Below are positions 12,631 to 28,485 of a stretch of DNA of 64,000 nucleotides, piece by piece. Made by a program: the position numbers and the translations under genes. The notes below the pieces were generated by a model that saw only the letters and a list, made by a program, of their open reading frames with translations, did no database searches and was not told the DNA's origin. Source of the stretch: Octopus vulgaris. Its lineage: Eukaryota. Numbering within the stretch: the stretch's first letter is position 1; the number at the start of each line of letters is the position of its first letter. Where the stretch lies: assembly GCA_951406725.2 (NCBI GenBank), contig OX597828.1:8804001-8868000 (forward strand), read 5' to 3'.

Positions 12631-15600
12631 TATTCCTCATCTATATCTATATTTATCACTTGGTGTTTAATATCCATATCGGTACATGCATATCGCTATC
12701 AGTTTCTCTAACAATTGAGCAAGTTCTTGCCTTAGACACGATGTCATAAATGTATATATATACATACAAATAATTATACTCAAACACAGAAGTGTATTTA
12801 TATTTATATAACATCTGTGCGAAATATGGAATATAATAAAGTAATAACAGTGAGGCGGAAAGCAACACTTAACTGAAATTACCAGTGCAATTATTAAACA
12901 GAAACTCATTCTAGCTGTACATAATACAGACCACAAGAATCACAGCGCACATATATTATAACCAAAATTTGCGGAAATAAATCGATGCTGTTGTTAACAG
13001 TTGTATTCATCGGATATATTCCGGTCTTATTAGATTTCATTAACGTAGTATGGTCTACTTAGCATGACATTGTTGTGGTCACTGTAGAGAAACACGCATG
13101 TACACAGACACAGATAAACACGTGCGCGCACACATACACGAACATTCACAAAAGTACACACACACGCACTCACACACACATACATACACACAAGCACATA
13201 CATATGCGCTCATAAACTTAGTGCATTGCTACTTTGATGAGTGAAACGCCTACAAACGCTTCAGAGAGAAAGTTTAACAGTGATTACTGAAAAATTAGAT
13301 CAAATCGGAATGGTGTTCGTTTAGTCTCCGATTCTACTGCGTGGCACCCATGGACCAGTATCTTCCACCATAACGTCCTAAAAATCAGATCTTTGTAATG
13401 TAGTTTGGTACACAAAATCTATGCATATTCCCGCCACAGTGATCATTCGCCTTATTGAGAAATAGGATTAACCTGCCTCCCGGTTTAGTGAAAATACATA
13501 GCCAATGTTTGTCTTTTAGTGGATTCACTCGATTTCCAGCATTTTAAACCGATCTTCGATTTTAGCTTAAGTTTTATTTCAGTCGACAATTGCTGAGTCC
13601 CTGCAAATGATTATCTGCTAAGGTATGTCTCTGTCGACTTTTGTTTTGTTTTATATTTTTTTCCACTTTGTAATGTACAGAACATCGTGGTGTGTCCTTC
13701 ACCATTCATATTACAAAGCATGTTCAATAAGTTTTCTCACGGATCATATTTACATTCCTGGGAAACGAAACGTTCTGTAAAGCTCACCTCAGTGGAATGT
13801 GAAATTAGTGTGCAGAAAGGCAGAACAACGCAATCTGTCCAACTCTTACGACTCAAATAATGTCGTCTATCTTATTTGTTATAGAGGAAATGATAAATTG
13901 TTCATTTCAATCTAAAAGTTAAAATGTTGGTAGTTCAAGTGTTTGAAACGCATGTATAATTATATAAATAATGTACTGATAGTGCCTGCTTGTTCTGTAG
14001 AAATTTCGTTGTTTTATCTTGGAATAGAGAGTGTATGTATATATTGTCTACTAGCGTACCGGCGTGTGATGTTGTTTAAACAAGGTCAGCTTTGAATGAG
14101 AAGACTTATGATCAAAAGCGTAACAATCTTACATTTTGTTCAGATATACACAGTGCATCTCTGCGTGTGATAGCGTGTAATTTAACAGAGATTTGGCGGC
14201 TATTTCTAATATATCGAGTGACCTCGTAAAGCGACCTTGTTCTCTTATCAATTTAGGTTTGTTTCTACTTCAGTTGTGTATGTGAATGCGTGTGGTGAAT
14301 GTCTCTTTCTATGGGTGTGACAAGCTATGTGTGTAGGGAGTGTGTTTGGTATTGTTTGAGGATGTAAGTACTTGAAGTGTAACAAGATACAGCTGATTGA
14401 TCATCCATCTGTCTGTGAAATAGTTGATGAAAAGATTATTCTCCAATTGAAAGAAAAATTCAAAAAAATCCATTAGTTAAAATTTTGCTGCTAAATCGTT
14501 TTATTATTGGTTTATTTTTGAGGTGTGGCTTGTAATTATCTCTTCAACACTGTCTTTGAAACATGTTTAAGAAAAAAAGAAAACAACATTCATTAAAATA
14601 CCATTGGAATTTAGTCGACCAAAATCTATAGCTCTATTTGGTTAACTGATAATTATTTCTTGCTCTGATGTTTTCAACGCCTCAAGTCTGTCATTTCTTT
14701 CTTTCTTTCTTTTTTTTTTGGCACATTATGCAGTTATTAGAAGTAAATATTTTATAGTAACAGTTAACATATAATAATTATAGTAGTAATTAGTTCTTAA
14801 ATAGGCAAAAATACTTTTGTTGAAGGCAAACATGTTTACTACAAATTTCAACATAAAAAACAAAAATTAAAACAACAGCTAAACTAAGTGTCAAAAACAG
14901 CAACATTAATGACATCGATAATTATAATGAGGATGATTATGATTTCTTTTGAGTAGGTACAAAGCATTATATGCATATTGGAGTGAGAGGGAAGGTGTAA
15001 TCAATTGAATCAACTTTGCTATTACACAAGCTTTTGATTTTAGAGGAATCTAACCAAGTTGAGCCACGTTGCACGTTTAGTAGTACTGTGTGGAACATAG
15101 TACAAAGATAGCCGTTGCAAACTATAATCTTCATAGTTCATTGTCTTCGACGATTGACGATACTTACAGACAAATATATAACTAGTGAGTGAACATTACG
15201 TGGTCACTCGATCTGTTAAAAATATCAGACGGTCTCTTTCAAATCAAATCTTACTTTCTTTGAAGATACCTAGCTCATATAGGATAACAAAGTATTTGAT
15301 AGCGTTTCAACGAAAAGTGGATGGTGAAACTGCAAGAATGCATTTTTGGCAGGGTTTAAGAACAATATAACGAAGAAATATATAATATGATTCATTTATC
15401 CTCAGCTGAGGAATGAAGGGTTAAATGTTTGTAACGGTCAATCAAGCTACGAAAGAAAGAATTTGGTTTCTGGTCAGAATCGAAATTAGATGAATACAGC
15501 TGCAATAAAATGCTTATATTAATCATGGATATATAAGTAATAATAATAATGATAAGAAGAACAACAGTAGAAGTGCAATTCGAAAAAGAACAACACGATC

Positions 15601-16472
15601 ATCATCATCATCGTTATCATCATTAATAGCTGTAAAACCAATGAAGTGATGATGATGACGATGATGAAGCGAGGGAAGAAGAGGAAAAGGAGGATGTGGA
15701 TAAGGATGGTTATGATAATAAAGGGCAGCTGCTAGAAGTTGCATTAATTTTGTAATGTTGGCATACTTTACATATTTGTGAATTTGAGCAATTTCCTAAT
15801 TAATTACACACAGGCAATAACCTTGACTTGACTGCTTTTATTTTTCCAAAATGTTACTTCTTCCTTGCATTGCCAATGTTGAGACGAAACCAGATCCTCG
15901 TCGTATTATTCCAGCTGCCAATATTCAGCCTTCGCTTTGCTCTAATGATTAGTTTTGCAAGAATTTAGCAATATACTTGAAAAGTTTTATCTCAAGTTTG
16001 GCATCGACAGTATTCATTAAAGTCAGCTTTCGGAAAAGATAAAAGTAACAAGAAAGTTTCCCAAGCGAAAAAGCCCGCTTTATCAAGCAGAAACAATTAA
16101 TGATCCCACTAATTAGGTCCATAGAAACGAGTTGATTAAACGAAGCGCAGACTACAAACAAAAATTGACGAGAGCTTGTAAGTAGGGAAAATTAAAAGCT
16201 TTAGGAGGGTTATTGTATTTCTTATATAAATCAATATTGAAGCTTCTTTCTCATTATGGAATATGAAAGAAAAACAAGAATATAATGCATTCTTATATTT
16301 CTTTAGTGGTCTCATTCGATTAATTCTGGCCATGCTGCAGTAACACCTTCAAAGATATTGCCCAAGTGTATCAACGAGGGTAGCTTGTCAGCGATTTCTA
16401 ACCATTGTGTGATGGACAAATGGCAATTTCAAAAAAAGTATTTCGACACGCTTTTCGCACGTCCATTACAAC

Positions 16473-16895
<423 letters not shown>

Positions 16896-16903
<8 letters not shown>

Positions 16904-17775
16904 GTTGATGATGCGCAGACACGCGCTGAGACTGCGACATCTCTGGCTCTATGTAGACGACGGTGAACAGGTGTGGTCGCCGTTTGTGAGGCACGCTTTC
17001 CCGCAGCTCGTCTCCATTACCGAACTGCAGTCGTGGATCAAAAAGAGGCCGAGGAAGGGCGAATGGCACCGCGAGTGTCGCGTTGCTCTCAAGCAACTCT
17101 GCCGTCCTGGGTCGACCTTAAGTGACTTCAACACAACCAAAGCATTCTATAGGGGTTTAGTGGAGGGGAGGTACGACGACGAGCTCGGGGCGAACCTGGA
17201 CTTCGACGAGGAGTACCTGACCCGCCTGTTCGGGACGACTTTCGGGCCAGGGCCCATGGACAACTTCCAGAGATCCCTGGCCTGGCAGTGCTACCGAGAA
17301 GCGCTACCCGTTCGGGATAAGCTCTACAGACACGGCTCGAGAAACACGGGGCCGACCTGCCCGAGATGCGGTCAGAGCGACGAAACCGTTCTGCACGCAC
17401 TCGTTCAGTGTCCAACAATTTCCGACCTGTGGGCTTATGTCGAACAACTGCTGTCACGTGTGGGACGAGTCGGTTTATCAGCTGAGTCTATCGTCAATAT
17501 TGTCACGCCTCCTTCCTTCAAACGGGAAGGAAGAGCTATTTTCATCATCCTTGTGGCTATGGCGAAAGAATGTATCTGGTGGACGCGTCTGAAAGGATTG
17601 GAGACAAACACTTTACTCTGGTCAATCTCTCATCAACTTCTTCAAGTACCACGTGAAAAGGAAAGTGAGAGTAGAGAGGCAAGTTTTGTCTAGCGAATGT
17701 TTTAAAAAAAGATGGGTGAATGTAGCAAGAATGGCACGTATGAATGACGAAGCCACCTTGAGCATAGTCCTATGA
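16896..17775 (+). pseudogene. Tx1-like ORF2 C-terminal fragment (zf-RVT), one frameshift near 17612
   Basis: ORF 16896-17693; an alternative frame continues SGQSLINFFKYHVKRKVRVERQVL...FKKRW...IVL* to TGA 17773-17775. Confidence 0.82.
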
Positions 17776-18147
17776 ACCCAGAAATCGAAAACAGAGAGTT
17801 GCTTATTTGCAAAAAAAAAAAAAAAAATAAAAATAAAATGTGACTTAATTGACCGAGGTTACCGTGGTATTTTCCGTAGGCTTTTATTTCCACGGGTAAA
17901 CCTCACCTGTCCTCCCCTTTACACTTCATATTGACATTTCTGTGATAACGATCCCTATTGATCAATTTTTTCTTCCTCTCCCCCTTTTTTTTAACCCCCC
18001 TTTTTTTTGTCCTCTTTCTCTCCTTTTACGATCCCTTTTGATCGAAACTCCCCCTTCCTTTTTTTTTTTTTTAAACCTTCAAAAGAAAAGCTCTACCTTG
18101 TAATTTGTTATATCTGTGTGCAGCCCTGTGTGGCTAATAAAGAAACA
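16896..18147 (+). mobile_element. 5'-truncated Tx1/L1-clade LINE (ORF2 C-terminus + 3' UTR)
   Basis: GC-rich island; ORF starts at MPWL (end of GGLGMP-like motif) and carries the zf-RVT CCHC motif CPRCGQSDETVLHALVQCP; pyrimidine-rich UTR ending AATAAAGAAAC. Confidence 0.88.
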
Positions 18148-18537
<390 letters not shown>

Positions 18538-18657
18538 TGTGAGTCTGTATGTCTGATTGGCTTACTGTTTGGCTTCTGTATGTCTTTCTGTCTACCCCCT
18601 ACTTGCCTGACAGTTTATCTGTCTCAATCATTCAAGCAATCTACACACACACACACA

Positions 18658-18715
<58 letters not shown>

Positions 18716-18738
18716 TGTGTGTATGTATATTTATATAG

Positions 18739-18791
<53 letters not shown>

Positions 18792-19023
18792 TATTTCTTT
18801 ATTGCCCACAAGGGGCTAAACATAGAGGGGACAAACAAGGACAGACAAAGGGATTAAGTCGATTACATCGACCCCAGTGCGTAACTGGTACTTAATTTAT
18901 CGACCCTGAAAGGATGAAAGGCAAAGTCGACCTCGGCGGAATTTGAACTCAGAACGTAACGGCAGACGAAATACCGCTAGGCATTTTGCCCGGCGTGCTA
19001 ACATTTCTGCCAGCTCGCCGCCT
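18792..19023 (-). mobile_element. tRNA-derived SINE family A, full length (Nin/Deu-like central domain, Tx1-like tail)
   Basis: Minus strand: GGCGGCGAGCTGGCAGAAATGTTAG (A-box), GAGTTCAAATTCC (B-box), GCCTTTCATCCTTTCAGGGTCGATAAA..AGTACCAG core, tail AGCCCCTTGTGGGCAATAAAGAAATA; many copies in the window. Confidence 0.92.
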
Positions 19024-19079
19024 TTATATGTATATATATATACACACATACATATGTAATTGGGTTCGTGCGTGTATGC

Positions 19080-19184
<105 letters not shown>

Positions 19185-20339
19185 GCACTCACACACGGTC
19201 GTATGAGTGTGTGAATAGAAGAAAAGTCCATGTCAACACCCATATAATTAACTGATGAACTATTTAGTTTATACTCAGGTGAGGTAAGTGCATTGGAATA
19301 TCAAGTGACAGAGATAAATGTTTCGGTGTTCTCGAACAATCATATAGATCAAAGGACAATTAAGGTTAACTAGTTTAGAATAAAACTTGCCACATACAGG
19401 GTTATCTCTGCGACATTTGGAAAGTATGTACCTGTGAGAAAAGAATAAATTTGACAGAATAAATTGAGAATAGAATATTGGTGAAACTCAAACAGGACAT
19501 TTTGTATATTATATTTATATATATTTTAAGGTATAATTTCCTAACACACATTTAGAAATGTACACATGCAAACGCATATATGCACAATACAAACACATGT
19601 GTGCGTATGGGTGTGCGTTTTTGAATGCCCAAATGGTTGCCAGCGTCTCCTGTTAGAATTGTAGCCCAGTGTATATATTAAGTTTTAAATATATATTTGT
19701 ATATAGAGGAACGCGATTTAGATATGCACCAGAATAATTCTTTAAGATGCATATTATGGAAAGTGACTTCGACCTTTCGAACATCTGCGCTATCTTCGGA
19801 CCCTGATGTATATACAGACACATACATGTATATATATATATATGTTGCCATGGATGTATGCATACTGGCTTCTTTCAGTTCCTCTCTACCATATCTGGGG
19901 CTGTATTAGAAATCATTTTATCAAATTGCTACGGTGTAGGATTGAACCTAAATCCATACTGATACAAAGCGAGTTTCTTCATTACGCAAAAATGTACGTA
20001 TATGTGTAGATATACATATATATTGCTATATTTATATATACCTTACTTATATTTGATTCCTTATAAATGTATACACTTAAAAAACTCATTTGGGTCAATA
20101 GTTTGCATGAAGCAGTTTCACGTAATTATATATATATATATACTATATAGCTTAATATAATATAATATTTTATAATATTGTATGACATAATACAATATAA
20201 TATATTATAAATTGATATAATATAATATTGTGTAATATGATATAATATAAATTTATATTGAATATATAAAGTAATATAACTATGCGAGAAGCTGAAAAGA
20301 AATCCCTAGTTTTATAATACCATATTCTATATATTCTTG

Positions 20340-20450
20340 GAAGGCTCCTGGCTTACTGGATCATGATCGTTTGGCCAGCGGATCGGTTTCTGGTGGTTTG
20401 TTGTGTCCCTTGAGCAAGACACTTTATTTCACGTTGCTATGGTCTACTCT
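20340..20450 (+). mobile_element. Degraded SINE family B fragment
   Basis: GGATCATGATCG...TTGTGTCCCTTGAGCAAGACACTTTATTTCACGTTGCT matches 12405-12490. Confidence 0.6.
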
Positions 20451-20990
20451 GTAAGAAAAAGTCCTACCTGTAATTCAAAAACCTGTAAAGAAATATGTTA
20501 AGGGTACTTGAATTTAACACAACCGTTTTCACCTTCATTTAACGCTTCCCTGAACAAAAAAGAATGACAACATTCCCTTATCAAACCGAATTATATCTTC
20601 TCACCATAATTTGCTGTTAAACTACCTATTCTAGACATGATTGATATTATCTTCACCTGAAAAGAATCCTGCAGAGACTATGAGAATGAAAAATAACCAA
20701 AGCAAATCACTGTCCGTTGGAGGTTATTCTTGTCAATATTTTCCCACAGAACGTTTATATATATACATACAAACGCAAACATAGACACAAACTTACAAGT
20801 ATAGATATAAATATGGGAGTATTATTGCCGTTATTAATAGTATTAATAAGATAATAATCAAGTGGCTAGCAAGTTCACATCGTTACAGGCACAACATACG
20901 GTAAATTTAGATTCCGTGATTAGAGTAAGTGATATTATATAGAATACAGAATCTCTCTCTCCCTCTCTCACTCTCTCTCTCTCTCTCTCT

Positions 20991-21112
<122 letters not shown>

Positions 21113-21293
21113 GTATGTATGTATGTATGTATATGCATATATGCATAGACAGATTTCGGGGAGAATGGAAAAGTCATTAACATTTCGAGCCTATACTCTT
21201 CGACAGAGAGGATTGAGAGGGAATAAAACGGCGAGAGAGAAAAAAAAATAGACACCGAAAAAGTGTGTAGGTATAACGGTTCAACACGATGAG

Positions 21294-21330
<37 letters not shown>

Positions 21331-21331
<1 letters not shown>

Positions 21332-21528
21332 ACTTTTGTACTGCCCACAAGGATCTAAACATAGAGGGGACAGATAAGACAGATAAAGGAATTAAGTCGA
21401 TTACATCGACTCCAGTGCGTAACTGGTACTTATTTAACCTATCCCAAAAGGAGGAAATGCTAAGTCGACTTCGGTGGAATTTGAACTCTGAATGTAGCGG
21501 TAGAACAAATACCGCGAAGCATTTTGGC
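21331..21528 (-). mobile_element. SINE family A copy, 5' end lost
   Basis: Aligns with 18792-18990. Confidence 0.88.
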
Positions 21529-22476
21529 ATGGGCTTTGATTTTCGTCTGACAAATCCACTCACAAGGCGTTCGTGAGCCCGAGGCTGAGGATAAGTAACA
21601 TATTTCTGAAAGATGTGACGATCATGTTTTCGATATGTATATAAAATACAGGCGAGTCTACGTTCGAAGATGATAAGCAACTACATTCTGGCACCTTCTT
21701 TAAATTAATACGTTTGGCAATTGGTATTGAAAGTTTTTACTATGTATGGAAATAAGGTTTTGTAGCTGCAACGAACATGAGGATTATTGTGGCTGGGCAA
21801 ATTAGCTCATCCATTAGTTGTTCCCTTTACTTTCTACAATAAAAAATCAGGGAATTTATAACGAGCAAGTCAAATACTCATGATTGATATTATGTTAAGG
21901 ATTATTCGCAAATTTGTTATGATGCATAAAATGTGAAATACAATCGAGGCCCCGCATGCAAATCTGTTCAATATTAACGTTTTTTTTTACGTTTCAAATA
22001 CTGCAACAATTTCAAAACGAAAACAATGAATGTATGCATGCACTTCGAATAAAGAAGATAGCAAGCTTATTTAGGAAATGTACCATGTTTACTATTCTTC
22101 AGGTTCATGCAAGAGAGAGAAAGAGTCAATAAGAATGAGACCGAGAAAAAGGAAGGGTAATAGGGAGAGGAAATAAATCAATTTCATTAGCGGAATGTTA
22201 ATTTAACGATCATAAAATGATACGTTGGCTCGATGTTAACCCAGAATGTAGATAATTAATCCACTCCTATAAAAAGCAAAAACAAAGAAAACAACCCATC
22301 TCATTATTCACTTTCTCTTCAAATCTAGTTTCGCTTCTCATAACTTGTAAGTCGAAGAAAATGCAAAATATTCCTATGTAGAATATATGTGTGCGTATGT
22401 ATGCGAGTGTGTATATTATATATATGCATATATGTATATATGTATGTATATATGTATATATATATATATTTATTTA

Positions 22477-22518
<42 letters not shown>

Positions 22519-22536
22519 TGCATATACATATATAGG

Positions 22537-22601
<65 letters not shown>

Positions 22602-23213
22602 ATATATATATGTATATATATATATGTATACATATATATGCATATTCGAAACCTGCGATATTGTCTCTCGAGTCATAGAAGAAATTATGTCTCTTAACCT
22701 CTTTCACTCGCAATGTAATACGTTCATATAAAACCATCGCGTTAAAAGATTTCTAAGCACCATAGCACTAGCATTCTCATACAGTATGCATTTCAATGTA
22801 ATACAATTCATTCCATAAATATTTTTGAAATAATTTGAACGAATTTGGATTTTTGTTTTAATTTAGAAGGTGTATTCTAAATCTAACGTAATACTTTTGT
22901 TTCTTGTTTTCTTACCAGCTTTTTGGGCAACAGAGAAAATACGCTTAAACCTATTGCATAAATAAGGAATATTTTAGCGATAATTCTCCGAGAAATCACG
23001 AATAATGTGCTGACAGATTCATAACGTACCCACACGGCCCATCGTGCTGCTATCAATTTATAAAAAGTGCTGAAAATACCTCATCATTATTTCCCCCAAT
23101 GACCTGTACAATGAATGAGGGACAGAATGTTCAGAGATGATTTCCAAATATGATTAGTGAGCTGTAATCAGATAACTGGAGGTCAATCATGCCACGTATA
23201 TACATACATACAA

Positions 23214-23269
<56 letters not shown>

Positions 23270-23272
23270 GTG

Positions 23273-23303
<31 letters not shown>

Positions 23304-23333
23304 GTGTATATATATACATACATTTATATATAT

Positions 23334-23402
<69 letters not shown>

Positions 23403-24044
23403 CACGTATATATTTATATACATATACATACGTCCGTGCATACATATATATTATATATATATACTTATACACATAAAGACATAATCACATATATAAACAT
23501 ACAGAGAGTCTAATACATATACACACCGACCAGCCATAAGCTCTTAATGAGCAGCATTATTTTTGTGAATTCTAATGCAATTTATTTGATAAGTGACCAA
23601 GTGTAATGACAGAAACGATAACATAACTAGATTATACGTGGAGAAATTTCTCCAAGTAATAAATCATATCTAATAAGCTGAATTGTCCCAATTATCACAA
23701 CAATAATTCAGGAACACCTTCATTGCAGCAGTCCATTCTCAGATTCTGATTTTCTTTCCTGCTTTCTTTACCAGTTCTATACTGTAAAGAGATATGTTGA
23801 ATCTGACAATGTGTACGAACTTGTTTCAATTCTTGTTTGAACGTATATCTCTTCACATTGTTCGTGAATATCCTCATGAATAAAATGAACATCTATGTTA
23901 TCACTCGCTAAAATATAGTAAATACCTTCCGGAAAATACGGAAATGATTTGCAGTAGCATTCAGAGATTGGAGTGCTATAACATTGGTCAAATATATAAT
24001 TAATTCAGAATATGCAAATATGCCAACTGTTTTTGATAAGTGCA

Positions 24045-24129
<85 letters not shown>

Positions 24130-24199
24130 ATATATATATATATATTTCGCTTTAGGATTTGGTTTGCAAGATTTTTTAGGTAAGTTCGTGTGTTGAAGC

Positions 24200-24475
24200 A
24201 TATTCAGTTGTGTTTGGGGAGAGTAATTTTCTTTTAGTGCCTTATTATTTAACACACTCCCCGGTAAAATTTCCACTTATTCCTTATTTTTATTTTCCTA
24301 AACTTTTTGTTGCGTCTTACAACATTTTCATGAGTCAAGACTATTGAAAAGTTTGAAAGACGCAACGAAAATTTTAGGAAAATAAAAATAAGGAATAAGT
24401 GGAAATCTTACCGGTGAGTGTTTCAAATAATAAGGCACAAAAAGAAAATGTCTCTTCCGAGACACAACAGAATAT
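24200..24475. repeat. About 275-bp imperfect fold-back (probable inverted PLE pseudo-LTR remnant)
   Basis: Arm 24200-24330 is the reverse complement of 24344-24475 (e.g. TTTCCACTTATTCCTTATTTTTATTTTCCTAAA / TTTAGGAAAATAAAAATAAGGAATAAGTGGAAA). Confidence 0.9.
24341..24377 (+). ncRNA. Decayed minimal type I hammerhead, U3-A8 core variant
   Basis: CUA-UUGAAAA-stem II (GUUGY..GCAAC restored from the opposite arm)-GAA-AAUU palindrome-U-UAG. Confidence 0.55.
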
Positions 24476-26967
24476 ATATATTATGACGATCCCTTGCCTC
24501 AGGTTCTTTTCAAACATATTATGACCAAAAGTGGTCTCTCACTTATATCACTTCAAAGATTATTTAATATTTTATATCAGTGGGTGTGATTAAACCAAGC
24601 TTCAATGGCTATGAACTAATGAGACATTCACACTACGCATGTAGTTTCCAAAGATATGACTGATATATGAAATTTGCCTAAAATTATACGTCTCACGTAA
24701 AAAAAAAAATATCTATGTTTTAAAACCATTCATGTCTTATGGCTTGGTACATTCATCTGTTGTACCATAAAGAAGTGCAGCATGCATACATTTAGCATAA
24801 ACATTTACGAATTCTTGAAATATTAGAAAGAAAGTGTGAAGTGTACGTGTCCTTGAAGTTGGAAGTGCAAGGCTATCAACAAACCAAATGACAAATATTT
24901 TCAATGATTTCTACGAAAACTTGACCTGCTGGGTCACATATTAGCAGATAAGACAATTTGAGTTTATTACGCACAAAACAGAAATGGAATATTCCCTAAC
25001 TAGAATTAATTCAGGATCAAAAGCAGGACGTATATGATGGAAGAAATACGTATTTAGGATTACACATGTCATGATATTTTGCATTCTTTCAATATTAAGC
25101 AAAACTTAGTATTCAGAAATTTCGAAAAAGATATTTTGATGCACAAAATCTTAATTATACAAATAAATAAATAAATGTGTAACATTACGTCCACCTCAAT
25201 TTATATTTTTATAATTCTAATGCTAAAAGCTCTTCTCAAATTCCATAATTTTGCTTACGGCTTTTAGTTTCAAATTTTCATTTGTTAATATGTAACTAAA
25301 GAAAATTGGAAACTGAAATATCAAGGAGAAATAATAGGAGACGAATGAAAAAAAAAAGGAATGTCTTTCGTAATGGCTGTATTAATATAACGCGAAATGA
25401 CACTTGATTTTTGTCACACTGTCATTCTTTTTCTAATGTCTCCAAGCTTATATATATTCCATATTAACAGACTTTCGCTCTCTCATGAAACAGCAGCATT
25501 ATCGTGACTGTGACATTTCTGTATAAGTTTGCTACGTAATCCAGCCAAATGAGAAAATTTTATAACGAAATGAAAATGCTGCCGTAGTTTCGATTTGCTT
25601 GTAGGAATTTGTTTATGAGACCTCATCTCGTTGAGAGTGCATCAGACGCCAACGTTTAATATTGTGAATGGATTATTATTATCTAATCACTTCTGAGAAG
25701 TCCTGGAAATTTTAACATATGTTTGCTTAAAAGCGATATCTACCGGTATCAGTAATTTTCTGATTTTAAAATATTTCAATAAAGCTGCACAATGCGTCTC
25801 CTGATGTGCGTGTTCAATGCTCATGAAAGTTAAATCAGCAGAACTTGAAGGTAGTGGAGAAAAATATTCATAATTGTGAACGGGAGAACATTTCATAGAA
25901 ATATAAAACAAAAAATACGAACAATGAATGAAATGAGAACACACATTGGAAATGTTAGAGGAAATATTCCGAATAAAACAAAAATAGGCACAGCGGTAGC
26001 ATTACAACATTTTGACTTTTAGAAAGAATTGTTAATATATAGATATCGAGCACTGTATACATTCCACTTTTTTAATCATATTCATATTTACAAAGGGGGA
26101 AAATCACTTTTCCTGCATTTAAATCAAAGATATTACATTTTTTTATTCTCTTGTAATTCGACTCCATTTCAGAGCTAACTTAGAACCATGATCTTTCATT
26201 CATGAAGATAATTTTGTGGTGTCTGTTGAGAATTAAAAAAATAATAACATATGTTTCTCTTAGATCTATATTTCTGCTATTACTTAGAAATATATCTGCT
26301 GGAAAATATCGAATTTTCTCTCTCTTCGTCTCTTTCACAAACCCCCTTGCCTGTCTGATTGTCTCTCGTATTCTCTTCCGCTATGATAATACAGATACTA
26401 CAATGAATGATAAAGGAATTGTTTGAGATTCTAAAGGTTTTCGTTATTAAAGTGGTAATCGTAAAATTAAAGCATTAGTGTAAATTAAGGTGAAATAGTT
26501 GTATGTATTTTAGTAAAATAGTTATAATACACATAGATATAAAATAGCAAGCTGGCAATAATGGTAATATGAAGGAAAACATGGCTTAAATGTATTATTT
26601 CAGCCTTTAATAAAGGGTATTAAAAATATTTCTGATTTGAAGCTGAAATTTATCTCCAAGTCGTGAATGGAGTAATCTCAAATGACTTAATGAGAAGGAT
26701 TAACAGAATAAAAAAATACGAATACGTTTGTTTAGTGGTACGAAATTAGTACATGAATACTGAAGGCAGATAGAAACATTATCTCTATTAACGCATACTT
26801 ATTATTCACACATAAAAAAAGTACACATGCGAAAAAATGATTCTAACAAAATAACCAGAGATTTATATGCATATACACATACATATATACCTAAACACAC
26901 ACATGTGTGTGTATCTATCTATCTATCTATCTATATCTCTCTGTCTCTTTCTCTGTCTCTGTCTCTG

Positions 26968-27002
<35 letters not shown>

Positions 27003-27557
27003 TTATATATATATCTACACAATGATATGCTTGTGCCTATATGCGAGCGTACGTGTGTGTATGTGTATTTATGAATATTTATACATTTGGACAGATGATG
27101 CGTAAATATAGGCAGACATATTTGTGTACACGTATATACATGCCTACCGTCATACACATACTTGTACGCCACAAAACAGCCCATCTATCACGTGATATAA
27201 TAAACCAAAGCTCAAAATGAATAAGAGTAACTAAATCTAAGTAAAATAAATGTATATTTACGGCATCCTTTCACTTGTAAAACATAAAGGAAAGCTACGC
27301 ATTTTGAAAAATCATATCAATCGTTTATAATTGAAAACGCAATCTATGCTGGGAAGGGACCACTTTGTTATACTTAAACACATGATATGCATTGTCACCC
27401 TGGTTGAAAAATACGACAAGTGCACAACGGCGTAGAAAAAGCTCATTCTCTAAATAGTAAGTGTATAAAAATTTACCTGCATTCAGCGCCACAGGTCGGG
27501 TATCTCATGAACTAAGGCCATTAAGCATTACTAATTATAAGGTATTGAAAAATAACA

Positions 27558-27760
27558 GTTTGAAATTTTGGCACATGCCCAGCAGTTTCAGAGAAGGGCA
27601 TAAGTCGATTACATTGGCCCTAATGCTCAACTGGTATTTAATCTCAAGACACAGTAAACACAAAAGGCAAAATCGACTCTAGAACTCAGAATCTAAAAGA
27701 CGAACACAACGTCAAGAAGTGGTTCTCCCGGCGTGTTAACGATTCTGTTAGTTCGCCGTC
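27558..27760 (-). mobile_element. Diverged SINE family A copy
   Basis: AAGTCGATTACATTG..CTGGTATTTAA..AAAGGCAAAATCGAC..GAACTCAGAA..CCCGGCGTGTTAACGATTCTG. Confidence 0.75.
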
Positions 27761-27899
27761 ATCCAAAATAATGAGAATGTTAGAGATTGTTGGCACAAAC
27801 TTACGGTGTCAAAAATACACACGCACACATACACAAACTTACACCCACGCAAACACGAACACACACACACACACACGCACAAACACAGGCACGCACACG

Positions 27900-27937
<38 letters not shown>

Positions 27938-28410
27938 CGTGCATGTATTTATGTGAGCAGGGGCATTTACTAACACTTAAATATGCCGATTACCATTAAT
28001 AAATATGACGATACAAAATATTGGCTATATGTAGAATGCATTAGGTAGTGAGAATTAATCAGTAGTTGTGAATAAAGATGCCGGGAAGAATATATGGCAA
28101 TGTGACGTTGGAGAAAACACATTTGAAAATGCTTTAAATAGCAATGAATATCTATGTAACAACAACGAAACTGATGCATAGTGCGCTTTACTAGAGGTTT
28201 ATAACATAACGTTCAGTTTGGAAAGATGAAATAAATACTTTCTGATGAAGGTTCCATTCTGAAAGTTTGAGTGCGCATGTGTGCGCGTGTGAGTGACAAT
28301 TGACAATATATATTGTAAAATTTCCATAAGCTGTATGCCGATTTCCGGGTGTATATGTAAGTGGCAGTGTGTGTATGAGCGGGTGCGCGTATGACTATGT
28401 ATATATAAAT

Positions 28411-28485
<75 letters not shown>

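Noticed and set aside
22905-22990. Strong-looking splice acceptor TTTCTTGTTTTCTTACCAG
   Set aside because: The following sequence has early stops in the frames checked and no convincing donor; it cannot be called an exon without RNA data.
28238-28271. CTGATGAAGG..CTGAAAGTTTGAG hammerhead-like string
   Set aside because: Stems I and II rely on a few G-U pairs and helix III is not a true palindrome; consistent with chance.
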